Counted from the stretch's first letter, positions 10,679 through 22,297 are shown. The stretch is 64,000 bases of DNA from Lepidodermella squamata (GCA_047495785.1 JBLDXI010000024.1:5270001-5334000), one strand, 5' to 3'. Program-made: numbers and translations. The notes: generated by a model not told the origin, from the letters alone.

Positions 10679-13600
10679 CTACGATGTGGTCGATGACGAA
10701 GCCGAGGACGCGGGCGAGTCTTCGCTGCCGAATTTAACTTTCAGCGATTTCACAACAACGGCCGAGCATTCCGTGGTGCTGGGTTTCGCCACGGAATGGC
10801 GCACTTTTTTCGACGGCGACACCAACGCCGCCTCCAGCAGTTCGCTTGTTGGTTTCTTGCGAGGCGATGCTGATAACGAGGATGAGGCACTACTGGTAGG
10901 TGAATTGAGCGGTTTTCTAGCCTCCGCCAGCCGAATCGCCCGTTGCAACTCGCTGGCAATGGCCGAGCATTCAGCGCTCGTCAGCACGCACTTCTTCATA
11001 CACTGTTGCATAGAAAAAAATTATTAAATATTTGGAGAGCCTTATTTAGGTATCGAAATTATTTGAACAGTGATGAAGTAAGGCGATCAGATGGCCCCTA
11101 CGTAGCTGCGTCATTCGCACGGGTCGAAGCCGGGTCAGGCCTTGCGGCCGACGGCAAACCCTACGCTCTGATAGGTAGAATCATCACTTCGCCGCATTTC
11201 ATCCTCACAAGTGCCGCAATTCGGGTTCAACTTGCCAAAAAAATTTGATTTTCTAGAACATCTTTAACGAAACTTAATCAGTCTTAACTCAATTTGTCAT
11301 GGTCCAATACAAATCGCTGAGTAAATTCGTTATTCGTAACGATTGGAATCCGAAGATGCGAAAAATCTAGAATTTAGAAAAATTTGCAATTTTTCGGACC
11401 TAATTAAATCGCAAATCAAGACTAGAACCAACAACGGATTCAACTCGATAACATTGCCCAATATTTCAAGCACAAACTATAAAGAACAAAACAATCTACT
11501 GTAATTTCTATCTTGAATCGCGACCAAAATAAAAAGCGATTTCTATGAAATTTCGGATACATTTCTCTTTTGCAATTTGCGGTTCAAACAAACAAAATCT
11601 ATCAAAATGTCGATGGATCAAAATCGAAAGTGACGTTTCGGTACTAGCTCGTACCATCATCAGACTCTAAAACAAAAAAGAAAAGGAATTACAGTAACAA
11701 TCACAACAATTAAGAAAAAACATAACAAGAATTCTAAAATAGCTTCAATTTGATCGAGTCCGTCTGCACGTTAAGACTGATTTTAAGCTTCGTCTTCTTA
11801 ATCAGAAGACTTTCGTGCAAGAGGCACTCCCACCTGCTGCGGCATTTGCGCAATATGGTGAAACAGGTGTGCAAATTGAAGTTATCCGGCAGATCATGTG
11901 ACTTGAGGTGCTTGCCGATGGAACTCGAGGCCAATTTGTGTTCATCAATGCGTTGGTGGAGATGGCGCGTCGTCATACCGATATACCCAGCGTCGCACTG
12001 GGCACACTTAAACTTGTAAACGACGCACTGACGATTGACAATATCGGGCTTGGGTTCCCTGGCCCCAAAGTCCTCGGCAATTTTTCGACTTGTGAAAATC
12101 GGCTGGATGGTAATCAGAATTCTGCTGGACAGGTCGTTCAGTCGGTGTTTGAGGCTTTGGGCGCTTTTTTCATCCTTGAAGGGAATAACAAATCGCACAG
12201 CATCCTCCTTGGGTTTCGGTGGCAAGTTTTCACGGGACATACGGCGGTCCAGGTACGATGCGAGAATCCGATCAAACATTGATTGAGGGTATTCCAACTC
12301 GGTAAAAATCTTTCGAAGAAGTTTTACCTCCTTGTCGAAACCAGGCCAGTCGCTTGTCAGGCGATCAGCTCTGTAAAGCATCGTCTTTATCAAACATTTC
12401 TTGTATTTGAGATCCGTGTGGCTGTGGAAGTGTAGTAAAAGTCCGGTGTCAGTCGGTTTGTGATAGACCTCTGTCTGAAGTAGCCCGCCAACGGACTTTA
12501 CCAGTGCTCCACAGAATGCGATGCTTCCATCCTTCTCGACTTCCATCGTGAATTTTACCGAGGGATGCAAGTTGTTTAAGACTTCGAGAAACTCGTTCGC
12601 GGCTGTTAGACCAGGCATTACTGTAAGCGTGTCGTCAACAAAGCGTCTGTAGAATCTCGGTAGAAGGCTTTATTGATGAGAAACTCGATTGTCTCGTCAA
12701 CTGGGACATTCGTGAACAACGAAGTAACGTCGTAAGAAACGAGGATTTCGCCAGGGTTGAGCTTCTTGCCAATTACCTCCTTGTTTGTGAAATCAATGAT
12801 GTCAGTTATCATGAACTCGTTTGAAGCTTTGTTGACGCTTTGTTGACGACACGCTTACAGTAATGCCTGGTCTAACAGCCGCGAACGAGTTTCTCGAAGT
12901 CTTAAACAACTTGCATCCCTCGGTAAAATTCACGATGGAAGTCGAGAAGGATGGAAGCATCGCATTCTGTGGAGCACTGGTAAAGTAAAACTTCTTCGAA
13001 AGATTTTTACCGAGTTGGAATACCCTCAATCAATGTTTGATCGGATTCTCGCATCGTACCTGGACCGCCGTATGTCCCGTGAAAACTTGCCACCGAAACC
13101 CAAGGAGGATGCTGTGCGATTTGTTATTCCCTTCAAGGATGAAAAAAGCGCCCAAAGCCTCAAACACCGACTGAACGACCTGTCCAGCAGAATTCTGATT
13201 ACCATCCAGCCGATTTTCACAAGTCGAAAAATTGCCGAGGACTTTGGGGCCAGGGAACCCAAGCCCGATATTGTCAATCGTCAGTGCGTCGTTTACAAGT
13301 TTAAGTGTGCCCAGTGCGACGCTGGGTATATCGGTATGACGACGCGCCATCTCCACCAACGCATTGATGAACACAAATTGGCCTCGAGTTCCATCGGCAA
13401 GCACCTCAAGTCACATGATCTGCCGGATAACTTCAATTTGCACACCTGTTTCACCATATTGCGCAAATGCCGCAGCAGGTGGGAGTGCCTCTTGCACGAA
13501 AGTCTTCTGATTAAGAAGACGAAGCTTAAAATCAGTCTTAACGTGCAGACGGACTCGATCAAATTGAAGCTATTTTAGAATTCTTGTTATGTTTTTTCTT

Positions 13601-15128
13601 AATTGTTGTGATTGTTACTGTAATTCCTTTTCTTTTTTGTTTTAGAGTCTGATGATGGTACGAGCTAGTACCGAAACGTCACTTTCAAATAAAACTGTCA
13701 ACAGAATATCGCTCTCCTTTTTGTTAAAGACAATGAAAAGATCTCAGCTATTGAAATCCGAACCAATCATTGGGAAAACATTTCGAAAATTCATGCCGTA
13801 GAAAAGCATCAAATTTCATCATAAATTGAACCCACAATTGCAAATCGTCTGACTATGTGACTTACTTTTTCATCGACTATCCATCGCCGCAGAGCGCCGA
13901 GAAGACTCGAAGCGCCTTGCAACAGCCTCGCAATGAATTCGGGCGATTCGCCCTCAAAATCACGCAATCTCTCCACAATTTGTTGAGCCGCAAAAAAGTT
14001 CACGCTATAAAATTCAGGAAACAAAAATTTCGGATCGGTATGAATTCGATGTTCGAGGTCGAAAATCCGCAACTGAAGGCCGATATCAAGTGAATGCAGG
14101 AAATTGCCGCCGAAGACGATACTATCACTCGGCGTCACGACCGAGTGAATCCACCCGCCCGGCAGCAGTAACGTCTGGCCCTGAGACAGACTCAGCCGGT
14201 AACACGGCTTCAAATCATCGCCCAAAAACCGCTCCACCCGATTCTTCGCATCATTCCACTTCTCGTAGGCTCGCAGATTTTCATCAGTCGGCGGGGCGAG
14301 GTAGAACACTTTTGAGCCGCGAATGATGTGGTACCAAACCGAAGACCCGCCGAAGTCGATGTGAAAATCTGTGTACGAACCGCCGGCGGAAATGAGGAGA
14401 AACCGCTCGGTGCGCGGGCACTCGACGCCGTTCACTTTTTCAGGCCAGAAACTAGGCAGCCACGATAGCTCTTTCACGAAATACGGCGGCGCGACTAAAC
14501 ACTCCATCGCCGTTCCAGTGAATTCGAGGCTTATCACGTTGTAGATTTTGTCGCGAGGTTTCGTTGTGAAGTAATCTCTCAATCTGCTCATATTCGACTC
14601 GAAAACTAGCTGCCGTTCGGAATCGATGATATCAATGCGACAATTCTCGCCTAGATACTGAATCGCGGTCTCAATTGAAAAACTAGAGTCGGGCAACCGC
14701 ATATCTAGGCCCTGGGTGTTCAACACGACGATGGGTTTAGAAAATCCGTTTGATTCGAAGAACTCCCGGCTCAACTTCGAGCCGTTTGGAAGGCAAGTGA
14801 CTATATCGAAGGCGTCCTGGAATTTGCGAGTTTTCAGCTGCTTTAGAAAACCGATTGTCCCACATTGCACTGGCTTTTGATCGGCATTTCGCTCGAAACA
14901 ATCGTGGCGGTGCCAGTTTTCACGCCGCCGCCGCTTCGATGGGCCGAAGTTTTTGACGCAAGACTGACAGTGGAACACTTCAAATTCAGCGGCTTGCCAT
15001 TCGGTGAGTGAGCAGCATTTGCCGTGGAACCAGCCGTTGCAGTGGTCGCATTGAATCATGAAACTGTCTGAGGCAGGTGCGAGCTTGCATTCGCCGCATG
15101 CCTCCTGTTCTTCGCCGTGATTTGACAT
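10679..15128 (-). CDS. PHF8: PHD-finger JmjC histone demethylase (PHF8/PHF2/KDM7 family)
   Basis: Exon 15128-13866 has a PHD (CDHC..WFHGKC) and JmjC (TDFHIDFGG, PGGWIHSVVT, FGGNFLH); phase-0 join to exon 11002-10679 completes the jumonji helical domain (ELQRAIRLAE); intron 11003-13865. Confidence 0.9.
11082..11193 (-). ncRNA. SNORD67: Intronic box C/D snoRNA, U6 Cm60 guide (SNORD67-like)
   Basis: Terminal stem GGCGA/TCGCC, C box GTGATGA, D box CTGA; guide CGTAGGGGCCAT pairs with U6 AUGGCCCCUGCG, fifth nt = C60; ~80 nt from the 3' splice site. Confidence 0.8.
11627..11668 (-). ncRNA. Minimal type I hammerhead ribozyme (PLE terminal)
   Basis: Reverse complement of 13644-13685. Confidence 0.85.
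11734..12812 (-). pseudogene. PLE RT/GIY-YIG ORF, 5'-truncated with internal deletion and frameshift
   Basis: ORFs 12618-12812 and 11734-12618; RT motif B missing between KAFY and PRFYRRFVDD. Confidence 0.9.
12837..13578 (+). pseudogene. Second PLE ORF fragment (RT end + GIY-YIG)
   Basis: ORF 13015-13578 identical to the C-terminal part of 11734-12618; ~170 bp deletion at ~12985. Confidence 0.9.
13644..13685 (+). ncRNA. Minimal type I hammerhead ribozyme (PLE terminal)
   Basis: AGAGT-CTGATGA-T-GGTAC gagcta GTACC-GAAAC-GTC-ACTTT: stems I and II, loopless palindromic stem III. Confidence 0.85.
13740..13827 (-). ncRNA. Candidate intronic box C/D snoRNA, target unknown
   Basis: C ATGATGA, D' ATGA, C'-like ATGATTG, D CTGA in the sense of the PHF8 intron; weak terminal stem. 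Confidence 0.4.
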
Positions 15129-15313
15129 CGGCTGCGGTTGCCGCTCTTCGCAAGCAACCCCGGCAGAACTGCAGGTGTTTTAAATGCTGATAACACCCTA
15201 CAGAAATTGAATAAACATGAAACCATTCAAAACCTTGGGATCAGAACTTGTTCTCTTGTTTTACTATCAATGATTCACAGTTCACAGTCTTGGCCCTCTG
15301 GAGACTCTTGCAT

Positions 15314-15666
15314 CAGTGGCGTAGATGAGCGGTCGCGAGCAGTCGTTTGTCTTCACCCCCAAAATGACTTGTGACGTACTTCGAAAAGCGACCACAGGAG
15401 GACATTTACCATTTACAGGCGTGGATACTTGAAAAAAGAATGGTTTCTTCAAATTTTGAAGTCTATTCTTCGCGATTAATGGAGTACTGCGAAATAACGG
15501 GATGTTTTATACTAGACGGAGTAATAGGGAGGGATTTTGAAACGAAATTGACAAATCCCACTACCCTACTCGGCATGTAGCGAACGCACGGAAAAAAATT
15601 GACACTACCTACTCGGTGTATGGCGTTTACGCGCGACCGCTCAGTTTAGGTTTATCTACGCCTCTG
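15314..15666. mobile_element. hAT-type MITE
   Basis: TIRs CAGTGGCGTAGAT / ATCTACGCCTCTG; 8-bp TSD TCTTGCAT. Confidence 0.9.
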
Positions 15667-15782
15667 TCTTGCATGACCTCAAACCTAATGCATGCTTAAT
15701 GCTTAATTCAGATGCCCTTCAGCAACCCAGATGCGGTTTTCGCAGCCACAAGTTTTCGACTGAAAATGAAGTGGGTAATCTT

Positions 15783-16124
15783 CAGTGGCGTAGGTAAGGG
15801 GTTGCACGGGGTTGCGCCGCAACCCCAGTCTTCACCACCCAAAATGAGGGTTGGCGACACTTGAAAGGCGACCACAGAGGGGACCCTTACACTTTTTTCG
15901 AGTGGCGACACTGGGAAGAACATTTCCCTCGATATTTCCCTTTGTTTGCTTTCAAAATTTAGTTTTGTGCTCAAATCGCTCAAATACAAGGTTTTTATAG
16001 CCGCACCTGAGCGTATTAGTATTGCGTCGGCCCATTTTTGAAGGTGGCGACAAAACTGACACTACCCAAAATGAGGTTGGCGACACCTTGCAACCCCGAG
16101 GCTTTTAGTTTACCTACGCCACTG
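15783..16124. mobile_element. hAT-type MITE
   Basis: Perfect 15-bp TIR CAGTGGCGTAGGTAA; 8-bp TSD GTAATCTT; internal GGCGACA motifs. Confidence 0.93.
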
Positions 16125-17132
16125 GTAATCTTTGAGAATCGGCTGAAAACAGAGACAGGCGAAAATTTTGCGGTGGCAGGAGATGGAAGCCCGGGCCGGC
16201 ATGTGGCGGGGAGGGGGGGGGGGGCAAGAGACAAAAGGAAAAAGGAGGAAAAGAGGAGCGGGAGACGGGAGCCGAGGAACTGAAAAGCTCGAAGAAAAGG
16301 CGGAAGGCAAAAAACGAGTTGCTGTCGAAAAAAGAAGAAAAAGGCGATAAGGTCGTTTCCTATTCATGCTTTTATTTTCGCAACAAAATACTTGCTTATG
16401 TTTTGTTCTGTGGATTATTTCAATTGATTTTATTTAGTAGGCATATTTATTTGTTGCATGATAGCATCTGCGTGAAGCTGATGCTGTTGGGGCCCGAGCC
16501 CGAGCTCGATTTCAGCCAGTTCGGGCAGGTCCGTATGCAGTTGGGGAACAGTAATTTACCACTCCGCGCTTGGGCCGGTCTAAAATGCGCCCATATGCGA
16601 CATTAACTGCAGATTTAACAAATTTCAACGAATTCCGCTGCACTGCACACGGGCCGGAAAAGTTTGGATGTCGAGCACGCTGAAGAATAAAGGGAACCAG
16701 TGCTATTGCTAGACGCTCGCGCGCGCCGTACTCGGGCGCATTTTATCATCAGCATCTCCTGGACAGGTGTGGATCGAAAAATCCAGGCAAGGTGGCTTAC
16801 CTGAGGTACGGTGCATCCCTGGTGAACGTTACAGCGCGACGTTAGCACCCCGCAATGCGAAGATTAATTGGCATAAACGCAGTTGTCAACCAGGCTTGAG
16901 AACCTGAGATGCGTTCGATAGATCGTAGCGATACTGATACGAGCGATTCCATTTCATCATGGAGTTATGACAACGCATGAAGTACTTTATTGTCATCTTT
17001 TAAGGTAATAATCCTAATTTGTATCAAACAAAATGTAATAATCACTGGTTCTCGAGTATAAAGGCACGCAAATGAAGCCAGCCTGTTTTCCAAAGTAGGT
17101 CTGCAAGTCTTCAAGATTTCTTCCTCGGGCAA

Positions 17133-19050
17133 TCAATATACCGTGGACTTGTCGTTACAATCGCGATGCTGCGAGCCATCAGCACAGTCGCAAAGCATGG
17201 CAGAACACCGCTTCAAATTCTTGCAATCGCACACGTCTTTGTGATAAATAGCTTCGTCAAAATATAAAGATTCGGCTGAAAAAGAAATACCCTGTGAACA
17301 ATCTGGACCAGTTTTCCACTTGTTGAAGCAAGCACAATAGCTTGCATCCTTGCAATAGGCGTCACTTGAACAAATGGTCGAGCCGCATAGCTCTAACAAG
17401 CATTTTGTTATTGAATCGCGGTTAACGAAAATAGAGGGTATGAAATTTACGTCTGCTACAAAGGGAGCCAGTCCAGCCTGTTCGGCAGGAACAGACATTA
17501 TTAGCTACGCACGTTCCCTTAGCGCAGCTAGGATTGCAAAGTGGCATTGCTGATTTTGTACCAGGTGCCGTTGCAGTTTTGGCTGTGGTAGGTACAGTCG
17601 CAGTTGTAGCTTGCGCAGTCGTAGTAGGAACGGTTGTGGTCGATGCGGTCGTTGTTGTAGCCGGAGGAGAGGTGGTTGTGGTTGGATCATCTACAGACAA
17701 ATATGCATGCCAATTTTCGACATTCTAAGAATATATATTCCCGGCTGCGGGAGCAACATAAGCTTCTAACTATACCTAAGACGTCTAATATTATATATAT
17801 GTTATGCTTTTGAGCATATCTCCATCCTAATCATCCTAATTTCCGACATTCCATCGCCAGTTTTCAGACATTCTTAGCTCGATGAACTAGGAGTTACTTA
17901 GAAGACGATGTCTTAAGAGTTTCGCATTGCTTTGGAGAATGAGAAAGTTTGCAAATTTTACCTAGGTTATAGACACGCAGATCAATCAATCTGACTGGGT
18001 CAGAACTGCCAACATTAACTGCCATCACGGCGAGAACAGCCGGTTCCATGCTCGAGTCAGAGATCGGAAGCAGTCCAGCGGGCAACGCTTGGGCAGTGTA
18101 AATCGCTGTGCAAGATGAATTGGTACACATGTCCATCCATAGCGTGTTGCCGTTTCTAACTACAATCCCAATGTGATGGCGGCCTTTAATCGTATTTTGA
18201 GACAGCGCAACTTTCGGAGTTGCCGTCCAGTTCATCAGATCAATTGTGGTTTTTGTAGGCGATGAAATGATTTGATAGCCGCCTCTGTAGCTCAGAACTC
18301 GAAAATGTAGCCCAGCGAAATTGCTCGTGTTGATAATGACCGTCTGCGATGTCGGTACTGCATAGGACAGTGTCGAGTTCGACAAAATGCTGATCGTGTA
18401 TTGATCTGAGTCCTTGCCAACGGGGGCGTCGATTTGCATTGTAGCATTTATTGAGAAGTTTGTTAGAGTGAATGGCTTGTGAGACAATGGGAGGTTAGTA
18501 TATCGCCTATTCGTTTGATTTACGTTTCCAGCTTACATTTTTGTTAATGAATGTTGTGAATATGGACGATGTGCTGGACGTCAGGAAGATTTCGTTATTA
18601 GATCCAAGAATGGGAAAATTGAGATTGCAGGTGTATCGCCAATTCGCAGCTTGGCAAAAAGATGCAAAATAATTTTACAGTGATTGTTATTTGAAGATGA
18701 TGCATACCGTAATTACCATCTCCGATGTACGAATATTCCGGCACGTAGTTGATTGGGTCTGTGATAGGTCCGATCACTTGCCCGCAAAAAAGAATTGTTC
18801 AGTACGAAGGTTAGCGAAGAAGACACGTACCTTGAGAACAATTCGTTCCGCTGAATCTGGCTAAGCATTGGCATGCGTTTGTGGAACCACAAACTCCTCC
18901 TCTTTGTTCGCAAGCTGGTGAGCACTCTACGAAAGGTGGCAAAAATAACGATGGGGAAATAATCTCCGAACTTTTAAGCTCACGCTGCAGGGTGGAGTGC
19001 GCGAAAACGGATAAGGTGAGCAGCAGTTTTGTATAATATTGCAGTTTCAT
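17133..19050 (-). CDS. Secreted EGF - lectin-like - Thr-rich linker - EGF protein (paralogue of 1053-2882)
   Basis: Signal peptide; EGF CSPACEQRGGVCGSTNACQCLARF; exon 17894-18487 similar to 1560-2078 (QNTIKGRHH.GIVVR.G.TLWMDMC); same C-terminal Cys exon. Confidence 0.82.
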
Positions 19051-20133
19051 GGTTGGTACCGGGTGTGACCTATTTTCTGATCAAAATTAGCGACTAAAGC
19101 CCTCTTCGAAATTAATCGGACGCTCCACGGCGTTATTGATCAAATTAAAGAGATTAATCTTTAATTGAAGTTCTTCACAAGAGTTAGCACCGGTTGGGTG
19201 GTAACTAGGATAAGTGATGCAGCGAAGTGGGTGATGAATACCGTCGAAAAACATCATATGGTCGCTTTAACTTGTGATGTTCACACCTTTCACGCTGCAC
19301 AATGCTTAAGAATGCGTCGCTCAGCTGCTTACGCTGAAATGTTTACGTTGGTGGTACTGTAGAAAAGTTTATTCATCAACCGTAATAAGCAGAATATAAA
19401 GACATCCCGCGAGGCTTTTCCATACAGATCAGGGCCGAATCGATTTCCTGCTTGCTGCGCTCGTAACGCCCTTACTTGGTCGTTCCTGTGGTCGCTGCAA
19501 AGCCCTGCCTTATTAATGTTTTATTGCTGTAAAATGCTGGTTAAAAGTGGTTAAGACGGAAATATTGGAACGAACGATTTGTTCCGTCTTACTAATAAAC
19601 CCGACGTTGAAAAAGAGACATCAGTAGCGTTTCGGAATGAGCTTCCATTTGACGGTAATTCTTTTACAATGAAGCGCAAACAATGGGTCATAAGAGCGAG
19701 TACGGATAGTGAAAATAATGCAGCTGCGTGCTGCGGTAATTTAGTAAGCGGTGTTAAGTTTTATTGAATGCGGCGCTGTGGTAATACTTAACGTCTTGCC
19801 GTTTACGAAAAAATATTTACCACAACATTAAACGCTTGGGACGAAACGCTAGCGATCTGGGGCTGTACAAGAACTTTTCTGGTTTAAACGCATCTGGTTT
19901 TCGTAAAAAATTTCAGCGATAATTTTCATGAAGCAAAAACGTAAATTCATGTGAAATTTCATTTTCCTTTTCCGTATTCGAAACGAGCAACTGACAAATC
20001 TGTTAGCGTAACTGCCGTAAGAACCCTCACTTAAATTAAAGGTGATTGAAAACTCAGCTCGCCGAAAACAGCGCTGAAAATTAGCATTTCGGATATAATG
20101 AAAAACCGCAATTGAGGAATAGGAAAAATTTAG

Positions 20134-20213
20134 TGTCAGAAGTGGGATTCGAACCTGAGTAGAAACTGACTGCGACCTGAACGCAGCGCCTTGGACCGCT
20201 CGGCCATCCTGAC
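20134..20213 (-). pseudogene. tRNA-Leu(CAG) pseudogene
   Basis: CACGCC replaced by TG, destroying the T stem. Confidence 0.85.
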
Positions 20214-20379
20214 GGGATGGTGGAATAGATTGATATCCCGCAGACGACATTTCGCAAAGCCTAGAGCGTCGCCACAAAGTAGGTTAATTACCTGTTGCCT
20301 GTTGCCAATATCAAACTTGAACTAGCCAGCAATGTCGATCAGGGTGTATCGTTATTGAAACTGCTGAAGAAGCACTCAA

Positions 20380-20461
20380 GTCGCTATGCCCGAGTGGTTA
20401 AGGGGTATGACTAGAAATCAGATGCGGTCTCCGCGCGTAGGTTCAAATCCTACTGGCGACG
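20380..20461 (+). tRNA. tRNA-Ser(AGA)
   Basis: As 8092 but with an A-G mismatch in the anticodon stem. Confidence 0.88.
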
Positions 20462-20536
20462 ACAGTTATTTTTGCATTATAACGACTGAAACTCAGTTCT
20501 GCAGTTAGCCTCCAGAACAGTCCTCGCTTTCATCAG

Positions 20537-20608
20537 GCGTCAGTGGTGTAACGGTCAGCATGGTTGCCTTCCAAGCAGCCGATCCGGGTTCGACTCCCGG
20601 CTGACGCA
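20537..20608 (+). tRNA. tRNA-Gly(TCC)
   Basis: Same as 8249 copy. Confidence 0.96.
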
Positions 20609-20687
20609 CACGTTTTTGGCTCACACGTTTGAAAGCAATTGCTAGTGACGAGATTAAAGCTGTCCTTCCCAGAACCAGCGTTCGAGA

Positions 20688-20759
20688 GGTCCCATGGTGT
20701 AGCGGTTAGCACTCTGGACTCTGAATCCAGCGACTCGAGTTCGATTCTCGATGGGACCT
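20688..20759 (+). tRNA. tRNA-Gln(CTG)
   Basis: Same as 8400 copy. Confidence 0.96.
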
Positions 20760-20863
20760 TGATACGTTTTTTCAAACAAACTTTCAGCTCACTCACTCTC
20801 AGCTGATGGAAACTTGCGATCGCAATATTTGTTACCATTCAAACCTTTTCTTTCACTAGCCTA

Positions 20864-20935
20864 GGGGGCATAGCTCAGTGGTAGAGCGTCTCATTCGCAT
20901 TGTGAAGGTCTCGGGTTCAATCCCCGATGCCTCCA
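20864..20935 (+). tRNA. tRNA-Ala(CGC)
   Basis: Same as 8572 copy. Confidence 0.92.
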
Positions 20936-21022
20936 GTTGGCAATTTTTTCGCGTAACCTCTCGAAGATTAGTTGCTATATCGGTGAAAGTGACCGGAAAT
21001 TACGCTAAAAATGTGAAAATAG

Positions 21023-21106
21023 TGTCAGAAGTGGGGTTCGAACCCACGCCCTCTTTCGAGGACCAGATCTTGAGTCTGGCGCCTTAGACCGCTCGGCCAT
21101 CCTGAC
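21023..21106 (-). tRNA. tRNA-Leu(CAA)
   Basis: Same as 8735 copy. Confidence 0.96.
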
Positions 21107-21206
21107 CAGATGTAGCTACTCTAGGAAATTGTTGTAATCCATCCGAAAATATGAGAAATTTGGCCGTTTAAAGGGCGAGCGCATTGCATTGCCGCATCTA
21201 TCGATA

Positions 21207-21279
21207 GGCGCTGTGGCGAAATGGCTATCGCGTCGGACTTCGGATCCGAAGATTGTGGGTTCGAGTCCCATCAGCGTCG
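21207..21279 (+). tRNA. tRNA-Arg(TCG)
   Basis: As 8919 with G at position 2. Confidence 0.95.
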
Positions 21280-21365
21280 GCTCTATTTTTGCTGGCCTTT
21301 TCGGCTGAGGCGTTATCATAGCAACAGAATTATCACTTGTCAAGCTGTCAAGAATAATCACAAGG

Positions 21366-21438
21366 GCCTTCCTAGCTCAGTCGGTAGAGCATGTGACTTT
21401 TAATCACAGGGTCGGGGGTTCGAGTCCCCCGGAGGGCG
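21366..21438 (+). tRNA. tRNA-Lys(TTT)
   Basis: Same as 9109 copy. Confidence 0.96.
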
Positions 21439-21505
21439 CAAGCTTTTTACCCAGGGTAACATGTTTATGGCATCGACCGGCTGCTAAGAAGACGAAGATC
21501 TCGAA

Positions 21506-21578
21506 GGGGGATTAGCTCAAATGGTAGAGCGCTCGCTTAGCATGCGAGAGGTAACGGGATCGACGCCCGTATCCTCCA
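21506..21578 (+). tRNA. tRNA-Ala(AGC)
   Basis: Same as 9254 copy. Confidence 0.96.
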
Positions 21579-21651
21579 TATACTTTTTTCGGCAAGATAA
21601 AAAAGGCTGAAATGAGGAGACTGCGCTTGCGAAAATAAAGCAGTCAACCCC

Positions 21652-21723
21652 GGCTAAGTAGCTTAGTGGTAGAGCGTCTGCCTAGTAAGCAGAAGATCGA
21701 GGGTTCGATCCCCCCCTGAGCCT
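21652..21723 (+). tRNA. tRNA-Thr(AGT)
   Basis: As 9402 but acceptor-stem mismatch (GGCTAAG). Confidence 0.85.
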
Positions 21724-21813
21724 GGTCTTGACACTTTTTGCAGCATTCGGAGGTCTTCCGTCCCTTTTATATAGCCATTCCATTCAGGATCAAAATTGGA
21801 AAGGCTAAAAGTG

Positions 21814-21885
21814 TTCCCTGACCGGGAATCGAACCCGGGCCGCCGCGGTGAAAGCGCGGAATCCTAACCACTAGACCATCAGGGA
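21814..21885 (-). tRNA. tRNA-Glu(TTC)
   Basis: Same as 9558 copy. Confidence 0.96.
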
Positions 21886-21976
21886 GGTGCAAAATCCCTG
21901 TTGTATGCGTAAACTGTGAAGAACTCAAATTATCAACGTCATCGCACCTTCAGCAACTCTGTGCAAAAAATAGAAT

Positions 21977-22048
21977 GGGCCCGTTCGGGAATTGAACCCG
22001 AGACCTCTCGCACCCGAAGCGAGAATCATACCCCTAGACCAACGGGCC
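21977..22048 (-). tRNA. tRNA-Pro(CGG)
   Basis: GGCCCGTTGGTCTAGGGG; loop TTCGGGT. Confidence 0.96.
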
Positions 22049-22127
22049 AGCCTGACTTTGCCAACTGGCAACTGGCAACCAAAGACTTTATTAGAACGTC
22101 TCCAGCGTTTATGCAAAACATGCGATA

Positions 22128-22200
22128 CGCCGAGACCCGGGATCGAACCAGGGACCTTTAGATCTTCAGTCTAACGCTCTCCCAACTGAGCTATCTCGGC
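22128..22200 (-). tRNA. tRNA-Phe(GAA)
   Basis: TTAGA-CTGAAGA-TCTAA. Confidence 0.96.
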
Positions 22201-22297
22201 TGTTATTTACAGCAGTACTAAAGTCGAAGCGTAACTTGTAGCTTAGCTAGGGAGCTCAATGCAGGCTGCTATGACTTTGGCAGCAAATAAAAAACTG

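Larger units (their letters stand above)
11626..13686. mobile_element. Penelope-like retroelement, two 5'-truncated copies in inverted (palindromic) arrangement
   Basis: RT motifs SYDVTSLFTNVP and FVDD, thumb YHKPTDT, GIY-YIG endonuclease (VVYKFKC..C...YIGMT.R.L..RI.EH); arms 11626-12327 and 12985-13686 are reverse complements. Confidence 0.95.

Noticed and set aside
11082-11290. U3 snoRNA resemblance (AAGACT, GAGGATGA, GAGCGT)
   Set aside because: Box order and box A do not fit; the U6 guide explains the element better
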